Assembly: GCA_046861655.1 (NCBI GenBank)
Contig: JBHIAI010000018.1
Location: forward strand, 1-21,974
DNA: 21,974 nucleotides
DNA from: Fidelibacterota bacterium
GTDB lineage: Bacteria > Fidelibacterota > Marinisomatia > Marinisomatales > S15-B10
Reading direction: 5' to 3'
The position numbers were made by a program, and so were the translations under genes. Below the pieces are notes generated by a model. It did not search any database, had not been told where the DNA came from, and saw only the letters and a program-made list of their open reading frames with translations. Shown in pieces: positions 17,363 to 21,974 of this stretch. Every line of letters starts with the position of its first letter. The first letter of the stretch is position 1.

Positions 17363-17886
17363 CCGGAGAGAAGTTCCGATATCTCCCGGAGCTTGGGAAG
17401 GTCCGACAGCGAATCGATCCCGAAGGTCATCAGAAACGTGGGAGTGACCGCGTAGATCAGGGGGCGGCCGGGACCCTTGGCCCGGCCTTTTATCTTGATG
17501 AGGTCCTTCTCCAGTAGAGTCTTGATCACACTTCCACTGTCCACACCCCTGATACTTTCGATTTCAGCCCTGCTGACGGGACCCTTATACGCCACAACGG
17601 ACAGGGCCTCCAGGGCAGCCCGGGAAATGGACGAGGCAGACGTCCGGGTCTGAATCCTCTGGATCCACGGCTCATATTCGGGCCGGGTGACCAGACGATA
17701 TCCACCGGCAACCTTCTCGATGGTGAAAGAGTGATCCTCCTTCCCGTACCGTTCGTTGAGTGCAGATACGATGGTATCCAGCGACGGAGAATCGCCGTTG
17801 AAAACAAGATCGACCCTGGCCTGGGTCAATACCTCAGAAGATGTGAAAAGGAGCGCTTCGATGATTCGCTGTTCTTCCGTGATCAT
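17359..17886 (-). CDS. scpB: SMC-ScpAB complex subunit ScpB
   Basis: IEALLF, VAGGYRL.TRPE, SRAALEALSVVAYKGPVSRAEIESIRGV, GPGRP.IY..T..FL..FG..SL.DLP. Confidence 0.96.
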   Translation of the reverse strand: MITEEQRIIEALLFTSSEVLTQARVDLVFNGDSPSLDTIVSALNERYGKEDHSFTIEKVAGGYRLVTRPEYEPWIQRIQTRTSASSISRAALEALSVVAYKGPVSRAEIESIRGVDSGSVIKTLLEKDLIKIKGRAKGPGRPLIYAVTPTFLMTFGIDSLSDLPKLREISELLSG

Positions 17887-17900
17887 GCCCGGGACCGCCG

Positions 17901-18638
17901 CTAGGCCTCCGCCACCGGTTCCCGGGTTGTCTTCTCCACAAGAAAATCGTGGAATATGTCTTTCTGTCTCACGGTGATCTGACCGTCGCGGATGAGCTCC
18001 AGCATGGCCATGAAAGCCACGATGAGCTGCTGTCTCGACTCAAATTGGGGAAACAGCTCGGAAAACCTGTAAGATTTCCTGTCCACGAATTTCGCCATCA
18101 GCACGGCCATCTGTTCCCTCACAGTCACCAGATCTTGATTTACATCATAAGTCACGGACGGCGGCAATCGGTCCAACATCTGTTTGAACACCTCAACCAG
18201 ATCAAAAAGCGATGTGTGCCCTAGATAGTGAAGGGGATCTCCCTTGAGCTCGTCGTCTGCCAACAGGGAGGGCCTCAGGAATACCCCTTTGCGGGCTTCG
18301 AACATCCGGCCCAGGTCGTCGGCTGCTTCCCGGTACCGCTGGTATTCCAACAACTGGTAAGCCAGCTCATTCCTGGGATCTTCCACCTCCCCCTCATCCT
18401 TCTCTTCAGGCCTGGGAAGGAGCATCTTGGCCTTGATCCGCATGAGAGTGGCGGCCATGACCAGAAACTCCCCGGCGATGGCCACGTTCAGGGTCTGCAT
18501 GGCTCGAAGATAGGAAAGGTATTCCTGAGTAATCCTGGCGATGGGTATGTCCATGATGTCGATTTCATCCCGGCGGACAAAAAACAGAAGAAGGTCCAGA
18601 GGACCGCTGAAGGCATCCAGATGAACCCTGTAGTCCAT
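17901..18638 (-). CDS. scpA: Segregation/condensation protein A (kleisin)
   Basis: F.GPLDLLL, IDI.DIPIA.IT.EYL, EFLVMAATL..IKAKMLLP, DPR.EL..QLLEY, F.A.LEL...G.I...Q...F. Confidence 0.96.
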   Translation of the reverse strand: MDYRVHLDAFSGPLDLLLFFVRRDEIDIMDIPIARITQEYLSYLRAMQTLNVAIAGEFLVMAATLMRIKAKMLLPRPEEKDEGEVEDPRNELAYQLLEYQRYREAADDLGRMFEARKGVFLRPSLLADDELKGDPLHYLGHTSLFDLVEVFKQMLDRLPPSVTYDVNQDLVTVREQMAVLMAKFVDRKSYRFSELFPQFESRQQLIVAFMAMLELIRDGQITVRQKDIFHDFLVEKTTREPVAEA

Positions 18639-19618
18639 CAGTCCCAGTAGTTTAGCCCCACGTTCTCACGGGCTTTCTTGAGGAATCCCTGAGCCACACC
18701 CCTGGCCTTTTCGGCCCCGTCCTTGAGGACGTCCACCACTTTTTCCCTGTCCTCCCATAAGGCCCGGCGCGCTTCGCGGTAGGATTCAAAAAAGTCCCAG
18801 ATTACCTCAATAAGATCTCTCTTAACCTGGCTGTACTTTAGCCCCGGCTCCAGGAATCTCACCCTCAATTCTTCGGCTCCGGATTCATCCAGGAAAAGTG
18901 AGTAGATCTGAAACAGAACATTCCCTTCAGGGTCCTTTGGCTGATCCACGGGTGTGGGATCTGTCACGATTCCCATAACCTTTTCGGCCAGGTCATCCTT
19001 TTCACAGAAGATTTCGATGGTGTTCCCGTACGATTTGGACATTTTCTGACCGTCTGTGCCCGGGATGACGGCCCTCGTTTCCTCTATGAGGGGCTCAGGA
19101 ACGATAAAGGTTTCCCCGTAGGTGGCGTTGAACCTGAGAGCAATGTCCCGGCTCATCTCGATGTGCTGCTTCTGGTCCTTTCCCACGGGAACCATTTCCC
19201 CCCCGAACAGAAGGATATCGGCGGCCATCAGCACCGGGTAGCTGAACAGGCCGTGACTGGGACGGGCACCCCTGGCAATCTTGTCCTTATAAGAATGGGC
19301 CCTTTCGAGCAAACCGACGTTGGTCACGTTGCCCAGCAACCAGGTCAACTCCGTGACCTCAGGAACGTCCGACTGAACCCAGAATACCGATTTTTTCGGA
19401 TCCAGCCCCAGGGCCAGAAAATCGCTGGCGGCTTCCAGGGTGTTCTTTCTCAGCCGCTCTTTATCCGTGACGGTTGTGAGGGCATGATAGTTGACCAGAA
19501 ACGTGAACAGTTCATTGTCTTTCTGGTACTCAATCATCCGCTGCATCATGCCGAAATAGTTTCCAAGATGGAGGTGCCCAGAGGGCTGGATTCCGCTCAA
19601 GACACGCTTTCTCTTCAT
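18638..19618 (-). CDS. trpS: Tryptophan--tRNA ligase
   Basis: SGIQPSG.LHLGNY, YPVLMAADIL, VPVGKDQKQH, KMSKSYGN. Start moved to ATG 19618 (MKRKRVLSG), overlapping the HNH stop (ATGA). Confidence 0.97.
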   Translation of the reverse strand: MKRKRVLSGIQPSGHLHLGNYFGMMQRMIEYQKDNELFTFLVNYHALTTVTDKERLRKNTLEAASDFLALGLDPKKSVFWVQSDVPEVTELTWLLGNVTNVGLLERAHSYKDKIARGARPSHGLFSYPVLMAADILLFGGEMVPVGKDQKQHIEMSRDIALRFNATYGETFIVPEPLIEETRAVIPGTDGQKMSKSYGNTIEIFCEKDDLAEKVMGIVTDPTPVDQPKDPEGNVLFQIYSLFLDESGAEELRVRFLEPGLKYSQVKRDLIEVIWDFFESYREARRALWEDREKVVDVLKDGAEKARGVAQGFLKKARENVGLNYWD

Positions 19619-20181
19619 GCTTCCGCCCTTGACCTCTCCAGAGGCTCCATGTACAGATAGGGCCGCCACCTTTCCTGCTCCTTTTTCACGAACTGTCGAA
19701 TGTAATGAATCCTGTTGGGCTCCCGGGGACGCCTCAAAAGCTTGAGGCCGGCCTCGTCCGGAGTCCGGTTCCCCTTTTTCCGGTTGCAGACATGGCAGCT
19801 GCACACCAGATTCTCCCAGCTGTCCCTGCCTCCACGCTCCTTGGGTATGACATGATCGATGGTCATGGGTACGCTTCTACGGCCGCAATACTGACACTGG
19901 TGCCGGTCCCGCTTCAGAATATTCTTCCTGGAGAGAACGATGTCATTCCCCCTTACCCTCACATACTTCTGGAGCTTGATGACGCTAGGGAGAGCCAGGG
20001 TGGTACTGGGAGAGTGCACCCTATCCCGATAGCTTTCCACAACCTCCACCTTCCCCAGATACATCATGCAGATGGCCCTCTTGGCCGTACAGATCAACAG
20101 GGGCTGATAGTTCTGGTTGAGAACGAGCACCTCCCGGTTGAGTATGCCGTTTCCGAATCGCTTGAGAGTTTTCAACGGCAA
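19615..20181 (-). CDS. HNH endonuclease (McrA-like, 'LVLN..Y.PL' family)
   Basis: VLVLNQNYQPL, PSVI.L, RKNILKRD...CQYCG, TIDHVIP..RGG..SWENLV..C..CN.KKG.RTP.EAG. Exact start uncertain (TTG 20181). Confidence 0.9.
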   Translation of the reverse strand: MPLKTLKRFGNGILNREVLVLNQNYQPLLICTAKRAICMMYLGKVEVVESYRDRVHSPSTTLALPSVIKLQKYVRVRGNDIVLSRKNILKRDRHQCQYCGRRSVPMTIDHVIPKERGGRDSWENLVCSCHVCNRKKGNRTPDEAGLKLLRRPREPNRIHYIRQFVKKEQERWRPYLYMEPLERSRAEA

Positions 20182-21005
20182 ACCCTTTCTATGCTCTTCA
20201 CCCGGTGAATGTGAGTACGTAAACGGTGATTGTACACGGAAGACTTCCCGTCGAACGACTCGATTCTAACAAATCCCGAACAGTGGATAAAGCTGTCCTC
20301 ACCCAAAGAGATGGCCACGTGATCCACTTCCTCCCCTTCCAAAGAGAAAAAGATGAGGTCCCCTTCCCGGACGGTTTCAAGATCTGTATCCACCAGGTGG
20401 AGATCCTCCGCCTGGTCCCGGGCGTCGCGGGGCAGAGGGAAAACCGATTTCATCACCGTCTGTGAAAAGCCTGAACAGTCAAATCCCTTGGGCGACTTAC
20501 CACCCCACAGATACTGAATGCCCGAAAACCGCCTGGCCAGTCCCGTCACGTGTCTCCTGACATCCCCGGACACAGCCGGCGTCCGGGGGCTGTCAGTCCA
20601 CCCTGACTTCCCGTCGGGAAGCAGGACCCGGGTCCACTCCGACCTGCGATCCAGCCTAACGAGTTCATCCCCGTACACCAGATCCCGGATCACCGGAGAG
20701 GACCGGCTGTGTTCCGCGTGAACACGACCAAACAGGTCATCCACCACGTAGGATTCTCCCGTGGCAAATCCCTCTGAATACCTCCCGTTGGCCTCGGCAA
20801 GAAAGAATCGGTGAATCCATCCCTCGTACCCGTCCCACTGCCTGATCCGGACCCAGTCTGAATCCTTCTCCAGCTCTTCCACCCGCTCCCCCATAAGAGC
20901 CTGGGTGACCACCTCCGAGCCAAACGTGCAGCCCGAATGGACGTTGGCCACGGAAACGTTGACGTAAAGGATGCTGCGGGTGTCGCTGTTCATCGTCGTA
21001 TCCAC
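20172..21005 (-). CDS. SH3b + NlpC/P60 peptidase (YkfC-like peptidoglycan-peptide recycling enzyme)
   Basis: Two SH3-like repeats (VTQALMGE...DGYEGW; LPDGKSGW), YLWGG.S..GFDCSG, LPRDA..Q, GDLIFF, HVAI, FIHCS. No signal peptide. Start is GTG 21005 or ATG 20993. Confidence 0.9.
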   Translation of the reverse strand: MDTTMNSDTRSILYVNVSVANVHSGCTFGSEVVTQALMGERVEELEKDSDWVRIRQWDGYEGWIHRFFLAEANGRYSEGFATGESYVVDDLFGRVHAEHSRSSPVIRDLVYGDELVRLDRRSEWTRVLLPDGKSGWTDSPRTPAVSGDVRRHVTGLARRFSGIQYLWGGKSPKGFDCSGFSQTVMKSVFPLPRDARDQAEDLHLVDTDLETVREGDLIFFSLEGEEVDHVAISLGEDSFIHCSGFVRIESFDGKSSVYNHRLRTHIHRVKSIERVCR

Positions 21006-21019
21006 GGCAAAATCAGATG

Positions 21020-21048
21020 AATTTATTTTGACCCCTATAGCAAGTCAA
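21020..21048 (-). promoter_or_regulatory. Sigma70-type promoter for the NlpC-HNH-trpS-scpAB-rluB operon
   Basis: Minus strand TTGACT (21048-21043), 17-nt spacer, TAAATT (21025-21020), just upstream of the NlpC/P60 start. Confidence 0.65.
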
Positions 21049-21051
21049 GGC

Positions 21052-21075
21052 AAAACCCCCCGACTTCCGTCAGGG
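21052..21075 (-). terminator. Possible intrinsic terminator downstream of the hydrolase gene (alternative to, or overlapping, the ncRNA)
   Basis: Minus strand CCCUGAC-GGAA-GUCGGGG (7-bp stem, GNRA loop) followed by GGUUUU, immediately before the -35 box at 21048. The U tract is short. Confidence 0.35.
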
Positions 21076-21198
21076 CGCTCCCGGATTCATGAGAATAGCC
21101 ATACACCGGAGGACCGCCTGAACTTTGGACGTTCCAAAGGCCAAGCCAGGTGAGTAGGGAGGTCAGGATGACAGGGTCCGGTCCTGGCACTCGGGGTT
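21053..21198 (+). ncRNA. Candidate structured ncRNA with 6S RNA-like rod
   Basis: Nested helices found by eye: AACCCC..GA/UCGGGGUU; GUCAGGGC(21069-76)/GUCCUGGC(21181-88); CGGAUUC(21082-88)/GGGUCCG(21174-80); purine-rich central bubble; CGCCUG/CAGGUG; apical CUUUGGA/UCCAAAG. The G-U pairs in these helices work only on the + strand. Confidence 0.45.
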
Positions 21199-21207
21199 CG
21201 AGTACGG

Positions 21208-21974
21208 TCATTCACCAATAACGTCAAGTAAGAATTCCAGAACGTCGTTCCAGTAGGGCTCTTGGACCTTCCAGAATAGTTCATGCCCGTCGTCATTTTG
21301 ATCAATGGTTCCGTCACCATTCGCATCATATTCAGGATACACAATCAGCGTAACATCTTTCCCTTCTTCAAGCAGAGCATCGTAAACATCATTTGCAGGT
21401 TGAACATGGTTGTCCTGATAAAGATCATTTTTCGCTACCAGGATCAGAACGGGTACAGCGATAGCAGATACTTGCTGAAGTGCCTCGTTCAAAGAGTTGC
21501 CGCCTGCCGCGGGAGCCATCAGGATAACAGCATGGATTTCATCCGATCTTACGATGGAAGCCTGTAAGGTGAGTAAGCCGCCTCGCGAAAAGCCCATAAT
21601 ACCCGTGCGGTCAGTATCGGCATCCTTGTGGGATTGTAGCTCATCCAGTGCAGTCAGAACCTCATTTAGATGGCCTTCCAAGGACACAGTTTCCCGACGT
21701 TTTTCTGCACGTGCCAGGTAACCCGCCTCCGCTAGAGCCCTGCAGGTACCTTCCAGGTCACCCCCAACGTTTTGCCCGAATCCACCATGATTATAGAGTA
21801 CGGCTGGGAACGGTCCTTTACCCGGAGGACGACACAGATATGAAAATCCTGAGCCATCGGGTATCGACTCTACGGTGACTTCTTGAGGGTAGTCCTCCTT
21901 TTTTTCATCGGAATCGAGGCCACAGTTGAAAAATACGACTAAACAAAGTAGCAGAACCGGTTTGGGAACTGTCT
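21208..21974 (-). CDS. Lipoprotein alpha/beta hydrolase (dienelactone hydrolase-like fold, Ser nucleophile); start lies beyond the window
   Basis: The frame of the 159-aa track ORF stays open to the window end: ...PKPVLLLCLVVFFNC (lipoprotein-like signal)...YLCRPPGKGPFPAVLYNHGG...GIMGFSRGG...LVAKND...GHELF. Confidence 0.85.
   Translation of the reverse strand, partial: TVPKPVLLLCLVVFFNCGLDSDEKKEDYPQEVTVESIPDGSGFSYLCRPPGKGPFPAVLYNHGGFGQNVGGDLEGTCRALAEAGYLARAEKRRETVSLEGHLNEVLTALDELQSHKDADTDRTGIMGFSRGGLLTLQASIVRSDEIHAVILMAPAAGGNSLNEALQQVSAIAVPVLILVAKNDLYQDNHVQPANDVYDALLEEGKDVTLIVYPEYDANGDGTIDQNDDGHELFWKVQEPYWNDVLEFLLDVIGE

Noticed and set aside
19619..19804. 62-aa N-terminal extension of TrpS in the ORF track
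   Set aside because: Overlaps the HNH gene out of frame. TrpS homology begins at ATG 19618, which is coupled to the HNH stop.
17359..20181. ScpA/ScpB plus a nuclease as a Wadjet/JetABCD-like defence system
   Set aside because: These are canonical housekeeping ScpAB in the usual trpS-scpA-scpB-rluB context. There is no adjacent SMC-like gene, and JetD is a Toprim nuclease, not HNH.
21069..21166. Riboswitch resemblance (TPP-like UGAGA...GUAGGGA on +; c-di-AMP riboswitch expected near NlpC/P60 genes)
   Set aside because: The TPP core (CUGAU..UAAU..GCG) and ydaO motifs (GGGGACCCA, GUCAGCUAAC) are absent. There is no downstream + strand gene, and the NlpC promoter lies between the element and that gene.
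21191..21217. GGTTCGAGT...CACCA, resembling a tRNA/tmRNA 3' end or att remnant
   Set aside because: No T-stem pairing, wrong spacing to CCA, and the CACCA is simply the antisense of the hydrolase's last codons.

Overview
Bacterial chromosomal segment with every supported protein gene on the minus strand. The gene set and signal peptides suggest a diderm organism, possibly FCB-group such as Marinimicrobia (inference only). Reading right to left: (1) a lipoprotein alpha/beta-hydrolase whose start lies beyond the window; (2) a ~150-nt structured intergenic element that may be a + strand 6S-like RNA; (3) a tightly packed operon, SH3-NlpC/P60 peptidase, HNH nuclease, trpS, scpA, scpB, rluB; (4) cmk, rpsA, YbbR/CdaR-like gene, tsaD and a VWA membrane protein; (5) a Wzx/Wzy-type surface polysaccharide locus with its own sigma70-like promoter: ugd, rmlC/spsL-like, rfbB, OPX/SLBB export protein, Wzz-type co-polymerase, wzy, wzx, GT4 and the start of a bi-domain oxidoreductase. 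The most unusual observation is a winged-HTH-like domain fused to the cytoplasmic N-terminus of the polysaccharide co-polymerase. Also notable are a 1-nt frameshift that removes the export protein's conserved C-terminus, the 6S-like rod, and an EF-hand-like loop just before the hydrolase's putative catalytic His. No mobile element, CRISPR array, rRNA or tRNA was found.
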